64,000 nucleotides of DNA from Pirellulales bacterium (GCA_963733035.1 CAVTBU010000003.1:21635-85634); one strand, 5' to 3'; positions 41,145 to 53,018 are shown, counted from the stretch's first letter. The notes: generated by a model not told the origin, from the sequence alone. Program-made: numbers and translations.

Positions 41145-43403
41145 ATGAAACAGGTTGATCGCGGAGGCGGCTGGCCGGCCGTCCGGTACACGCTTGCGAA
41201 AGCCTTCGAGGTCGGCGGCATCTACAAGTTGTGGAATGCCATGCGCTCGAAGAACGCATGCAAGACCTGTGCCTTGGGTATGGGCGGGCAGGCGGGTGGC
41301 ATGGTCAACGAGGCCGGACACTTCCCCGAGGTGTGCAAGAAATCGCTTCAGGCGATGGCGTCAGACATGCAAGGCGCCATCCGCGACGACTTCTTCGAAA
41401 CCTATTCGCTGCCGCAGCTGCAGGCTTTTACGCCGCGCGAGTTGGAAACCTGCGGACGGCTGACGGCGCCGATGATTCTGGAACGGGGTTCGCAGTATTA
41501 TCGGCCACTTGGCTGGGATGATGCGCTAGGCCGCATTTCCGCGACGTTGGCCAAACTGTCGCCGGGTGAAACCTTCTGGTACGCCAGCGGCCGCAGTTCG
41601 AACGAGGCCGGTTTTTTGTTGCAACTCATGGTGCGAATGTACGGCACCAACAACGTCAACAACTGCAGCTACTACTGCCACCAGGCTAGCGGCGTGGGGC
41701 TGACCAGCGCGGTCGGCGTGGGCACGGCTACCGTTTCGCTGGACGATATCGAAGGTGCGGACCTGGTGTTCGTGATCGGTGGTAATCCGGCCAGTAATCA
41801 CCCCCGACTATTGCGCACACTGGCCAATCTTCGTCGCAAGGGCGCTGAGGTGATCGTCATCAATCCGGTTGTCGAAACCGGGATGGTCAATTTCGGTGTC
41901 CCGAGCGACGTGCGGAGCCTGCTGTTCGGTTCGCCGATCGCCAGTCTGTATGTGCAACCGCATATCGGCGGCGACCTGGCGCTGCTGGCCGGCATTGCCA
42001 AGCGGATTGAGGAAGTTGGCTGCACGGACGCGAATTTCCTCGAGTATCACTGTGAGAATTGGCCCGAACTGCGCGACCACTTGCGATCGCTTGGTTGGGA
42101 CGAAATCACAACCAAATCGGGCATCGATCGAGCGACGATCGACGAGATCGCCAAACGCTATGCGGCTGCCAAGCGAGTCGTCTTCTCCTGGACGATGGGG
42201 ATCACGCATCACGTGCACGGCGTGCAAAACGTGCAGGCCATTGCAAACCTGGCGCTGATGCGCGGCATGGTCGGTAAGCCGCATTGCGGGCTGTTGCCGA
42301 TTCGTGGCCATTCGAACGTGCAAGGCATGGGGTCGATCGGTGTGACTCCGGCGCTGAAAGACGCGGTTCTCAAGCGGCTTGAATCGCACTTTGGGGTTAG
42401 GATGCCGATCGAAGCGGGGCTCGATACGATGGGCTGCATGCAGGCCGCTGACGCCGGCAAGTTGAAATTTGGGTTCTGCCTGGGCGGCAATCTCTACGGT
42501 TCGAACCCAGACGCGACGTTTGCCGGCCATGCACTCGGCAAGCTGGATATGCTGGTTTATTTGAATACAACGCTGAACACCGGTCACGCCCATGGTGTTG
42601 CGGCCCAGGACACAATCATCCTGCCTGTGTTGGCCCGCGATGAGGAACCGCAGCCGACGACGCAGGAGTCGATGTTCAGCTACGTTCGCATGAGCGACGG
42701 TGGACCACGGCGACACGCCGGTCCGCGGAGCGAAGTGGAGATCATCGCCGAGATTGCCGGGCGCGTATTGGGTTCGACTGGTCCCATCGATTGGCAACGT
42801 CTTGCCCAGACGGGCGAACTTCGCGAAGCGATTGGGGCGATCTTTCCCGGTTGGGAGAAGATTCGCGATATCGAACGCACCCGGCAGGAATTTCAAATCG
42901 GCGGGCGGCGGTTGGCCGAACCACACTTTCCTACCGCCAGCGGCAAGGCGCGGTTGCATACGCACACGCTCCCGGACCGGGTGAATCAGGAGGGCCACTT
43001 GCGGCTGATGACCGTGCGGAGCGAGGGGCAATTCAACACGGTTGTCTATGAAGAGTACGATCTTTACCGAGGGCAAGATCGCCGCGACATCGTTTTGGTG
43101 CACCCCGATGATTTGAAGCGGCTGGGCCTCGTGACGGACAAACCAGTGACCGTCCGAAGTGAGGTTGGTGAAATTCGGGTGCTTGCGCGATCCTATGAAA
43201 AGATCCGTCCGGGGAACGTGTTGATGTACTACCCCGAGGCGAATGTGCTGGTTCCCCGGACCGTCGATCCGGCATCGAAAACGCCAGCGTTCAAGAACGT
43301 GGCAGTGACGCTTGAGTCCGCCGAGGCCGCCGGGCCGCGCGACCATTCGGCAGCCGAAATCGTGGGGGCCGGAGCCTCGCGAGGGCAAATGCGGGCGTGC
43401 TAG
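41145..43403 (+). CDS. FdhF/YdeP-family molybdopterin oxidoreductase
   Basis: CKTC...EVC, YASGRSSNEA, NNCSYYCHQAS, RGHSNVQG, TVRSEGQFNT and SKTPAFK. GGAG RBS. Confidence 0.92.
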   Translation: MKQVDRGGGWPAVRYTLAKAFEVGGIYKLWNAMRSKNACKTCALGMGGQAGGMVNEAGHFPEVCKKSLQAMASDMQGAIRDDFFETYSLPQLQAFTPRELETCGRLTAPMILERGSQYYRPLGWDDALGRISATLAKLSPGETFWYASGRSSNEAGFLLQLMVRMYGTNNVNNCSYYCHQASGVGLTSAVGVGTATVSLDDIEGADLVFVIGGNPASNHPRLLRTLANLRRKGAEVIVINPVVETGMVNFGVPSDVRSLLFGSPIASLYVQPHIGGDLALLAGIAKRIEEVGCTDANFLEYHCENWPELRDHLRSLGWDEITTKSGIDRATIDEIAKRYAAAKRVVFSWTMGITHHVHGVQNVQAIANLALMRGMVGKPHCGLLPIRGHSNVQGMGSIGVTPALKDAVLKRLESHFGVRMPIEAGLDTMGCMQAADAGKLKFGFCLGGNLYGSNPDATFAGHALGKLDMLVYLNTTLNTGHAHGVAAQDTIILPVLARDEEPQPTTQESMFSYVRMSDGGPRRHAGPRSEVEIIAEIAGRVLGSTGPIDWQRLAQTGELREAIGAIFPGWEKIRDIERTRQEFQIGGRRLAEPHFPTASGKARLHTHTLPDRVNQEGHLRLMTVRSEGQFNTVVYEEYDLYRGQDRRDIVLVHPDDLKRLGLVTDKPVTVRSEVGEIRVLARSYEKIRPGNVLMYYPEANVLVPRTVDPASKTPAFKNVAVTLESAEAAGPRDHSAAEIVGAGASRGQMRAC

Positions 43404-43614
43404 GGCCTTCTCGACCCTGCAAAATCTACCCAGACTAGCAGGTGCAGCTCGTGCCCCCCAAAAAGTACCGGAATTTGAGCTCTCTGACCTGTTCAGCCGA
43501 CACTTGTCGTGTAAGATAGGCGGTCGCTCCATGCTTGTGGAGCCGCATGCGGCAATGGTCCACGAATTGTCGCACGCGCCCGTGATTGTGTTGCGTGGAG
43601 GGAGAGCTACCGCT

Positions 43615-43827
43615 ATGTCGTCGGGTAAGATTAAAAAGTTGGTTCAGGACAAAGGTTTCGGATTCATTCAGACTGACAATGGGCAAGACGTGTTCTTTCA
43701 CCATTCGACTGTCGCCGACCACGGCTTCGACGATCTGACCGAAGGTCAGCGTGTGGAGTACACGGTTGAAGAGGGGCAGTCGGGTTCCGGCAAGGGTCCG
43801 CGGGCTGCGTCCGTCGTTCCCGCCTGA
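43615..43827 (+). CDS. Cold-shock domain protein
   Basis: RNP1 KGFGFI, RNP2 VFFH and KGPRA in a 70-aa ORF with GGAG RBS. Confidence 0.95.
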   Translation: MSSGKIKKLVQDKGFGFIQTDNGQDVFFHHSTVADHGFDDLTEGQRVEYTVEEGQSGSGKGPRAASVVPA

Positions 43828-43880
43828 GCTGAGGATTCAATTCCCCCCCAGGACAACGAATTCTTAAGTCAGGAAGAACC

Positions 43881-43916
43881 AAAAGCGAGCCGGAGTCATT
43901 CCGGTTCGCTTTTTTT
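43881..43916. terminator. Intrinsic, probably bidirectional, terminator
   Basis: AAAAGCGAGCCGGA-GTCAT-TCCGGTTCGCTTTTTTT between convergent genes. Confidence 0.8.
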
Positions 43917-43996
43917 GTGGAATCGCTCCGCGGTCTTCGACCGGCGGGCGCCGCACCAGCCGCGGGAGATTTTGCCACGCCGGCCGCAGTCGCTTC

Positions 43997-44275
43997 TCAG
44001 TCGGATTCGGCGGTTGTCGGGTCGATCACGGCGCGAACCTCAGCGATGCTATTTGCCGGAAAGCCGCCTCGCTGGGCATGCTCCTCGATCGCTTGCTTGT
44101 CAGGAGCGATGTACACGCAGTAAATCTTGTCGTCGGTCACATAGCTCTGCACCCATTGGATCTGCGGGCCCATGGCACGCAGCACGCCACACGAGGTTTG
44201 CGAAGCAGCCTCGAGCTCTTGGGGCGAAAGTGAACCTGCCCCTGGCATTTCGCGTTCGATGACAAATTTCGGCAT
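43997..44275 (-). CDS. DUF4242-family small protein
   Basis: MPKFVIERE, IQWVQSYV.DDKIYCVYIAP, HAQRGGFPA and IDPTT. AGGAG RBS. Confidence 0.85.
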   Translation of the reverse strand: MPKFVIEREMPGAGSLSPQELEAASQTSCGVLRAMGPQIQWVQSYVTDDKIYCVYIAPDKQAIEEHAQRGGFPANSIAEVRAVIDPTTAESD

Positions 44276-44446
44276 GTTCCTGGCTCCTGAGAGTTCTCTA
44301 ATAAAGGTTTCCACGCGCCGTTGCGCGGCACAACGATTGTGTGAAAGCTGCCGCGGTAATGCAAACGGCCAGAGGGTGTGGCGATTCAGAGTTCAATCCA
44401 TCTGGGATTGTTGAGCCGGGCGAACAGGGTAGCCATAATACACTTC

Positions 44447-45588
44447 ATGCAAAAACCAACTCTCGCGTTTGCCGTCGTTGTGTTGTTGATGAGTACCGCG
44501 CCCATTGCGGCGCAAGAATCGCGGCACGTTACCGTCTATCACCAGCCCGGACGCTTCGGCGGCTGGCCGGCCAATCATGGTATGTGGGCCTGGGGCAATG
44601 AAATGCTGGTGGGCTTCAGCGCCGGATATTACAAAGACAATGGTCCCGCGCGGCACGCGATCGATCACGACAAGCCGGAAGAGCATTTGCTGGCCCGCAG
44701 CCTCGACGGCGGTGAAACCTGGACCGTCGAGAATCCAGCCGAGAAGGGCGCCCTCATTCCCCGCGGCAAGGCGCTGCATGGAACGGAGCTGCCCGGTGTC
44801 GCGGACGGGCCCTGGGTCGACTGTCCGGGTGGAATCAACTTTGCCCATCCGGATTTTGCCATGACGCTTCGCATGAGCGACGCCGACGGCGGCGCTTCGC
44901 GGTTCTTTTACTCGCTCGATCGCGGTCATCGCTGGGAAGGACCGTTTCTATTTCCAATGCTGGGGCTGAAAGGAATTGCTGCCCGCACCGACTACCTGGT
45001 GCAAGGCCCCAGCGATTGTCTCGTGTTTCTTACGGCCTCGAAAACGAACGGCAAGGAGGGTCGCCCGTTTTGCGCGCGGACAGTCGATGGCGGCAAGAGT
45101 TGGACGTTTGAAGGTTGGATCGGACCCGAGCCACCCGGCTATTCGATCATGCCCTCGACCGTGCGTTTGGGCGAAGGCGAACTGTTGTCGGCCGTGCGCG
45201 TGCGCCAGGGGGAACCGAGTTGGATCGAGGCGTACTTTTCCGCCGATGATGGCAAGTCCTGGACCCTTCGCAGCACGCCCGTGCCCGACACGGGTGAAGG
45301 GAATCCGGCCGCTATGCTCAAGTTGGCCGATGGCCGCATTTGTATTACCTATGGCGTCCGCAAGCCACCGTTCTACATGGCCGCTCGCATGAGCAGCGAC
45401 GACGGCAAAACGTGGGGTGACGAAATCGTTATTCGACCAGACGGCGGGGGCGCGACCTCGGCTATCCGCGCAGCGTGCAGCGGCCGGATGGCAAAGTCGT
45501 GACGGTCTACTATTGGAATCACGATCCCAATGAAACGCGCTATATCGACGCGACGATTTGGGATCCGGGCCAATCATCGAGTGAGTGA
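44447..45588 (+). CDS. Secreted BNR/Asp-box (sialidase-fold) protein (one frameshift at ~45448)
   Basis: Signal peptide and five Asp-boxes (SLDGGETW, SLDRGHRW, TVDGGKSW, SADDGKSW, SSDDGKTW). Adding one G to the run 45446-45450 restores DLGYPRSVQRPDGKVVTVYY...ATIWDP ending at TGA 45588. Confidence 0.85.
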
Positions 45589-46064
45589 TGAGCGAAGTTT
45601 TGCGGGCGGTTCGCGACTTGCTCAATTCCGCCGGCGTTGCCTTCGTCGAAAAGCAGCACCAACCAACGTTCACTTCCGAGGAGTCGGCGCTGGCACGCGG
45701 CGAACCGCTGGGGATTGGCGCGAAGGCCCTGGTCGTGAAGACCGACGACGTGTTTCGACTGTTTGTGCTGCCAGCCGACCGCAAGCTTGATTCGTCGGCC
45801 GTCAAACGCCAGTTGGGCATCAAGAAGATGCGTTTTGCCGACGCCGCGGAACTGCTTGAGTTGACCGGCCTCGTGCCCGGCAGCGTGCCGCCGTTTGGTC
45901 CCCCCGTGCTTGAGCTGCCGTTGTGCGCCGACCCGGCACTGTTAGAGCACGAAAAGGTCGCCTTCAACGCCGGCACTCTTACCGACTCGGTCATCATGGC
46001 TTCGGCCGACTATCAGCGAGTGGCCGGTGCCCAATGGTTGCGACTGGCGGTTCAAGGCCCGTGA
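45588..46064 (+). CDS. YbaK/ProX-family aminoacyl-tRNA trans-editing domain protein
   Basis: H.PTFTSEE, conserved K in GAKALVVK, GSVPPFG and FNAG. TGATG coupling with the upstream gene. Confidence 0.88.
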   Translation: MSEVLRAVRDLLNSAGVAFVEKQHQPTFTSEESALARGEPLGIGAKALVVKTDDVFRLFVLPADRKLDSSAVKRQLGIKKMRFADAAELLELTGLVPGSVPPFGPPVLELPLCADPALLEHEKVAFNAGTLTDSVIMASADYQRVAGAQWLRLAVQGP

Positions 46065-46304
46065 CTCGCCGCGTGCGGTGGAAGTGCGGCCATCGGCCCC
46101 GAGGCACGCGGTCGCCCGCACTTGCCGATTTCGCCGCAATGTTGTTCTGCGCGTGCCCTGAGACGCCGGTGGTGGCACGTCGACGGCAAATATGTGCCAA
46201 CAATTTTTGTCCGGTTCGGCGAAATCGACGCCCTAAGGGGAGTAAGGGAGCGGCGAACGTGCGGAGATGGGGTATTTTCAGCTCGTTCCCTTAGTAAACA
46301 ATGT

Positions 46305-46331
46305 TTGTCTGGACAAGTGTTGTCCGGATAA
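46305..46331. promoter_or_regulatory. Tandem palindromic operator-like sites
   Basis: TTGTCTGGACAA (46305-46316) and TTGTCCGGATAA (46320-46331), about 80 bp upstream of the flavoprotein gene. Confidence 0.5.
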
Positions 46332-46411
46332 TTAATCTGGCATTACATGGCGACAGTCGTGGCGCGCACCCTGTAAGCCTTTGGCCCAATTTGGCTTAAG
46401 CCGAGGATTCC

Positions 46412-47662
<1,251 letters not shown>

Positions 47663-47671
47663 GCGCGATTG

Positions 47672-50263
47672 CTACCCGCGGTTGAGGCGAGCCTGCTGTT
47701 CTTGCAGCCATTGCAGGGCCGCGATCGGTGTTGTTTGGTCGAGGTCGAGGCGGCGCAGTTCGTCGAGCAGCGGAGGTTCCTCGGCCGCGAACAACGTAAG
47801 TTGCAGGTCGGAGGTCTTGATGCGGCGACTGCGGCGCGTTCCCTGGGCGCGACCGGTGGAATCGACTTGATCATTTTCGAGCTGCGCCAGAATCTGCTTG
47901 GCTCGCTCGACGACTGGGGCCGGCACGCCCGCCAGTCGGGCGACGTGAATTCCGTAGCTTTTGTCGGCCGCGCCGGGCAGAATCTTGTGCAGAAAGATGA
48001 CCTGGTCCTGCCACTCGCGCACGGCAACATTGTAGTTTCGCATGCCGGCCAGCGAACCGGCCAGGGTCGTGAGTTCGTGATAGTGCGTGGCGAAGAGAGT
48101 CCGGCAGCCGATATGATCGTGCAAGTGCTCGACCACGGACCAGGCCAATGACAGGCCATCGTAAGTGCTCGTGCCGCGGCCGATCTCGTCGAGGATGACC
48201 AGGCTTCGGTGCGTCGCGGAGTTTAGAATTCGCGCCGTCTCGATCATCTCGACCATGAACGTACTCTGGCCGCGGGCCAATTCGTCGCTGGCTCCCACGC
48301 GGGCAAAAATGCGGTCGGCCACGCCGATGGTTGCTTGTTTGGCCGGAACGAAGCTGCCCATCTGGGCCATCAGTGTGATCAGCGCCACCTGTCGAATGTA
48401 CGTGCTCTTGCCGGCCATGTTCGGTCCGGTAATCAGCAGCGAGAAGCCGTGCTCGGCGTCGCATTGCACATCATTGGGCACGAAGGTTCCTGCGGCCAGC
48501 ATGGCGTCGAGGACCGGATGCCGTCCTTCGGCGATGTCGAGCACCGGATCGGCCGAGATGGCAGGACGGCAGTAGCCACGGTGCCGGGCCAACTCCGCCA
48601 GTCCCACGAGCACGTCGAGCCGTGCCAGAACCGCGGCCACCTGCTGCAGGCGGATTGCCTGGCCGGCCAGAAACTCGCGGAGTTCGAGGAAGATCGTGTA
48701 CTCGAGTTCCTGCGCCTTTTCGTCGGCCGACAAGACGCGCTCTTCGTATTCTTTGAGCTCGGGCGTGATATAGCGCTCGGCATTCTTGACGGTTTGCTTG
48801 CGAATGTAGTCGGCGGGAATCTTATTGCCGTGCGTGTTGGTGATCTCCAGGTAGTAGCCAAAAACCTTGTTGAAGCCGACCTTGAGGTTGGGAATTCCCA
48901 ACCGTTCCGCCTGTTCGGCCTGATAGCGCGCGATCCACTGCTTGCCGCCGCTGGTCAAGTCGCGGAGTGCATCGAGCTGGCTCGAGAATCCATTGCGAAT
49001 GAAACCGCCGTCACGGCTGACCAGCGGGCACTCGTCGGCAAGCGCGCTTTCCAAGCGAGCACGAACGTCGCCGCAGAGATCAAGCTGCTCGTCGAGTTGT
49101 TGCAGCAGCGGGCTTTTGCGGGCAGTGATCTTGGCCTTGATTTGGGGAAGCTTGCCGAGCGTGCGGCCGATGAAGCTCAAATCGCGGGGGCTCGAGCGGC
49201 CAGTGGTTACGCGGGCCAGCAAACGTTCAAGATCGTAGATGCCGCGCAGTTGCTCGCCCAACGACGTACACAGCGAGCTGTCGGCGACCAACTCGGCCAC
49301 GGCGTCGAGCCGCTCATTGATGCGATCGACGGCAGTCAGTGGATTCGCAAGCCAATCGGCCAACAACCTCGAACCCATCGAGGTGACGGTGCGGTCCATG
49401 ACGCCTAGCAGCGAGTTTTCGCGCCGCGCCTCGCGGAGCGTGGCGGTAATTTCCAGACTACGTCGCGTCGCGGCGTCGATTTCCAGTGCTTCGCCTGCCG
49501 AATAACGCAACAGGCGATCGATATGGCCCAGGGATGCCTTTTGAGTTTCCTGCAAGTAGCCGAGGACGGCGCCTGCGGCACGCACGGCGGGGCCATCGTC
49601 GTCACCAAAGCCAAATCCCTCCAGGTTGGCCGTGCCAAAGTGTGAGACCAATGTTGCGTGCGACGTGGCCGCGGCAAACGCCCAATCGGGACGACGCGTG
49701 ACCAGCGGACCACCGCCGGGAACGCCGGACGGCAATTGCGTTTCGTCGGCGGCCAGGCACTCGGCCGGGGCAATGCGGGCCAACTCGTCGTCGACGCGCG
49801 CGGGCGGAAAACAAGCCGCGTGGAAACGACCGGTCGAAAGCTCCACCCAGGCCAGTCCCACGGCTTCTCCGTCGGGCACGACGGCGGCCAGGTAGTTGCT
49901 CGTACGCGGATCCAGCAGGGCATCGTCGGTCACGGTGCCGGCGGTAACCACGCGAGTCACTTCGCGCCGTACGAGCCCCTTGGCGGCTTTGGCGTCCTCG
50001 ACCTGATCGCAAATCGCCACCCGGAAACCGGCAGCGATCAGTTTTCCCAGGTAGCTTTCAAGCTGATGGTGCGGAAAGCCCGCCATCGGCGTAGCATTCT
50101 CGCCCTTGTCTCGGCTCGTGAGGGCCAAGTTAAGCACCCGGGCCGCGGTCTTTGCGTCCTCATGAAACAACTCGTAAAAGTCACCCATGCGGAACAGCAA
50201 TAGCGCATCGGGACACGCGGCTTTTGCGTCCTGATACTGCTTCATCATCGGTGAGATGGTCAT
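47672..50263 (-). CDS. mutS: DNA mismatch repair protein MutS
   Basis: PMMKQY, FRMGDFYELF, TGPNMAGKSTY, STFMVEM, LDEIGRGTSTYDG, FATHYHEL and SYGIHVA. Start ATG 50263. Confidence 0.97.
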   Translation of the reverse strand: MTISPMMKQYQDAKAACPDALLLFRMGDFYELFHEDAKTAARVLNLALTSRDKGENATPMAGFPHHQLESYLGKLIAAGFRVAICDQVEDAKAAKGLVRREVTRVVTAGTVTDDALLDPRTSNYLAAVVPDGEAVGLAWVELSTGRFHAACFPPARVDDELARIAPAECLAADETQLPSGVPGGGPLVTRRPDWAFAAATSHATLVSHFGTANLEGFGFGDDDGPAVRAAGAVLGYLQETQKASLGHIDRLLRYSAGEALEIDAATRRSLEITATLREARRENSLLGVMDRTVTSMGSRLLADWLANPLTAVDRINERLDAVAELVADSSLCTSLGEQLRGIYDLERLLARVTTGRSSPRDLSFIGRTLGKLPQIKAKITARKSPLLQQLDEQLDLCGDVRARLESALADECPLVSRDGGFIRNGFSSQLDALRDLTSGGKQWIARYQAEQAERLGIPNLKVGFNKVFGYYLEITNTHGNKIPADYIRKQTVKNAERYITPELKEYEERVLSADEKAQELEYTIFLELREFLAGQAIRLQQVAAVLARLDVLVGLAELARHRGYCRPAISADPVLDIAEGRHPVLDAMLAAGTFVPNDVQCDAEHGFSLLITGPNMAGKSTYIRQVALITLMAQMGSFVPAKQATIGVADRIFARVGASDELARGQSTFMVEMIETARILNSATHRSLVILDEIGRGTSTYDGLSLAWSVVEHLHDHIGCRTLFATHYHELTTLAGSLAGMRNYNVAVREWQDQVIFLHKILPGAADKSYGIHVARLAGVPAPVVERAKQILAQLENDQVDSTGRAQGTRRSRRIKTSDLQLTLFAAEEPPLLDELRRLDLDQTTPIAALQWLQEQQARLNRG

Positions 50264-50465
50264 CCGCGCGATCGCTCGGGGGTTCGCAGCGCATGCTAGC
50301 AAACACCAGCACCGAGCGGGAGGGGGCGTGGCGTGGCGACGGCACTGCCGCAATGCGATCCGGTCGCGAAAGCGGACACGAGTAGAGAGCCGTCGCGGAT
50401 GGGCGGCGGTCGTTGCGAGCGGTGTGCCGCGGACGGCGAAAGTTTCACGACGCCGGCACGCGACG

Positions 50466-51371
50466 TCAACGATCGTCCTGCCGGAGTGTCGCAGGCCGCG
50501 CATCGGCCGACAGGTCCAAATAGGGCATCCGCTGTTCGTGTGGAGTGTTGAAGTCGATCAACTTTCGATCGGGTAGCGAATCGATGGGCACATTGCGAAT
50601 CAGAAATAGTCGGATGCCAAAGTTTCGGATTTCAACTTTTGTTCCATCCGCCAGTTCGAGAGTCATAAGGTTTTCGTACGCTGGCGAAGGAGGATTGAGC
50701 AATTGTGAGCAACCCGGTTCGCACCAGGCCGGGCCGATGGGACCGATGCGCTCGATCGCCGACGCCTTCTTGTTGCGCAGATTTGCGAACGCATGGGCGA
50801 AGCCCGGAAAGTACTGGCGGTAGTTGTTCCAGGCCCAGCTTTGGAGATCGACGGCGGCCAGATTCGTGCGTTCGGCGTCGGTCAGGAGCACGTCGAGCGG
50901 CGCGGTCCGATAACCCGGTTCGGCCGCGCGCCGCATATCGATCTGTTGGACCACCTGCAGCATGCCGCGCACGCTGGCTGGAAAGATCGTGTGGTTGCCA
51001 ATGGGAAACAGCACCGCCGAGACCCCCTGGCCGTCGTGAATTGCGCCGCCAGACTTGTACACTGCTTCGCTGGCGGTATACCCGCGCACCTCTTCATAGT
51101 CGGCGACAAACGTATAGTCCTCGACCGGCCCGCCCAGCATTTTCAGGTGATCGATGCGCAATTCAGGATTCGCCGGATCATAGGGCACCATCCGCACCAG
51201 CCACCGGGTGGGCTTGTTGGCCTTGAGGTTCTCGAAGGCCTGCTGGGTCGGCATCGGGGCAGGCAGCGAAGAGATTTCCCCCGCCACGCAGAACTGCGCC
51301 GCGAGCGCCATTCCGACCAAACAGCAATGGAACCTATCTCGTCTCACGAATGGACGTGCTCCGAACGACAA
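50466..51371 (-). CDS. Hypothetical, probably exported, protein
   Basis: 301-aa ORF filling the gap between mutS and the RND genes. Basic then hydrophobic N-terminus. No family recognised. Confidence 0.55.
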   Translation of the reverse strand: MSFGARPFVRRDRFHCCLVGMALAAQFCVAGEISSLPAPMPTQQAFENLKANKPTRWLVRMVPYDPANPELRIDHLKMLGGPVEDYTFVADYEEVRGYTASEAVYKSGGAIHDGQGVSAVLFPIGNHTIFPASVRGMLQVVQQIDMRRAAEPGYRTAPLDVLLTDAERTNLAAVDLQSWAWNNYRQYFPGFAHAFANLRNKKASAIERIGPIGPAWCEPGCSQLLNPPSPAYENLMTLELADGTKVEIRNFGIRLFLIRNVPIDSLPDRKLIDFNTPHEQRMPYLDLSADARPATLRQDDR

Positions 51372-51629
51372 TTGGGAAGCCGCATTTTCAGTTTAGCCTA
51401 TTGGGGGTGGCCCGAAGCGGGGCCGAATTTGCCACGGAAGTACGCGGTGATTTTTGCCAGAATCTTCTTGTCGGCGGCGACGTAGCGGCATTTCTGGCGT
51501 TCGGCCAGGCCATGAGAGTTGCTGCCGGCGGCAGCTTGGCAAGGGGTGCTTGCATGACTATATTAAATCCCAGACAGGTTTAGGCGGCCTGCAAGTTTGG
51601 TTTTTTAGCCCTTTCATGCAAAGTCGTCT

Positions 51630-53018
51630 ATGAAACTGTCTTTCTTTTTGCGCCCTCTCGATCGCTATCGTCCCCAGGTTTTTCAGGTCGTTGTTGTCGC
51701 CGTGATGTTTGCCATCGGCGTGTGGGGCCATAGGAGCCATTGGCAATTCACGCCCCACGCACACGCCGACTTTGCAGGCAACGAACAGGGGCCCGGTGAC
51801 GCCAAACCCAGTTCCGCCCTCGTGGAGGGTGCCAAATCCGGTGCCGTGGACGCGCCAGACGCGTCCCTTATCGAGTTTCCGACGCCCGAGTCGGTTGAGG
51901 AGTTGGGGGTCAGAACGCTAAGAGTGGTGCAGCGCCCGGTATCGCGCGAAGTAACGGCGGCCGGCGTGGTCACGTACGAACCGACTCGCTTGGCCCAGCT
52001 ATCGGCGCACGTGGCCGGTACCGTGTGGCGCGTCGAGAAACAAGTTGGCCAGACGATTCGCGCCGGCGACGTGTTGGCGATCATCGATGCTCCGGCCGTC
52101 GGCGATGCCAAGGCGGACTTTCTGCATTCGATTGCCGACGTCCAGATGTGTGAAATTGCCGCCGACCGCCTGAGGGGCTTTGCGAAGGGGGAAGTGCCCT
52201 ATCGCCAAATCCAAGAGGCGGAAACGGCGCTCCGCAAGGCCCGGGTCGACCGGTTCAACGCCCAGCAAGCGTTGATTAGCCTTGGTCTGCCGATCAATCT
52301 TGACGAGTGGCAAGCCCTATCGGAGGACGAGTTGCAGCGCAGGATCAAGTTTCTCGGGCTGCCTCCTTCGCTCGTTTCGCAACTCGATCCGAATTCCACG
52401 ACGGCCACGCTGCTGCCCCTGGTGGCACCGTTCGACGGTATCGTAATCGGCCGTGAGCTTAGCAAGGGTGAGGTTGTTTCGCCTGGAAATGGGCACTTTG
52501 AAATCGCCGACGTCAGCAAGATGTGGATCGTCTTGCACGTGCGCGAGCAGGACGTTGACGACCTGCAGCTGGGGCAGACCGTCACCTTCCGTTCCGGCAG
52601 CGCGTCGGCTACCGGCGCGGTCTCGTGGATGAGCACCGCCGTTGATGAAAAAACCCGTACCGTCGAGGTGCGCTGTGAAACTCCCAACCCCGAGATTGCC
52701 GACGCCGAGGGGAAATCGACCGGCAAACGCCTGTTGAGGGCGAATCTATTTGGCGTGGGTTCGATACAAGTGAGCCGGAGCCAGTCGGCCTTGGTTGTTC
52801 CGACCAAAGCCGTGCAGCGCAGCGCGTTCGGGCCGATTGTGTTTGTTCCGCGGGGTCCCAAGACATTTGCCGTGCAGCCGATTCAGTCGGGCGTGGTCAA
52901 TACCGACGACACCGAAATCGTGGCAGGCCTGACGCTGGCCGATTCGGTCGTCGTCGATGGTAGCCACATCCTCAAAGCGGAACTGCAGCGGTTGAGCGCG
53001 GCGGAACAATCTCCGTGA
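51630..53018 (+). CDS. czcB: RND efflux periplasmic adaptor (CzcB/CusB-like)
   Basis: N-terminal TM, lipoyl halves VAGTVWRVEKQVGQTIRAGD and APFDGIV...GEVV, IADVSKMW, VDEKTRTV and GLTLADSVVVDGS. Confidence 0.85.
   Translation: MKLSFFLRPLDRYRPQVFQVVVVAVMFAIGVWGHRSHWQFTPHAHADFAGNEQGPGDAKPSSALVEGAKSGAVDAPDASLIEFPTPESVEELGVRTLRVVQRPVSREVTAAGVVTYEPTRLAQLSAHVAGTVWRVEKQVGQTIRAGDVLAIIDAPAVGDAKADFLHSIADVQMCEIAADRLRGFAKGEVPYRQIQEAETALRKARVDRFNAQQALISLGLPINLDEWQALSEDELQRRIKFLGLPPSLVSQLDPNSTTATLLPLVAPFDGIVIGRELSKGEVVSPGNGHFEIADVSKMWIVLHVREQDVDDLQLGQTVTFRSGSASATGAVSWMSTAVDEKTRTVEVRCETPNPEIADAEGKSTGKRLLRANLFGVGSIQVSRSQSALVVPTKAVQRSAFGPIVFVPRGPKTFAVQPIQSGVVNTDDTEIVAGLTLADSVVVDGSHILKAELQRLSAAEQSP

Noticed and set aside
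41145..43403. Selenocysteine-containing formate dehydrogenase
   Set aside because: No in-frame TGA. The ligand position is Cys and the motifs are YdeP-type.
51536..51553. Sigma54 promoter before the RND adaptor (TGGCAA...TTGC)
   Set aside because: The GG-to-GC spacing is two bases too long for a -24/-12 element.
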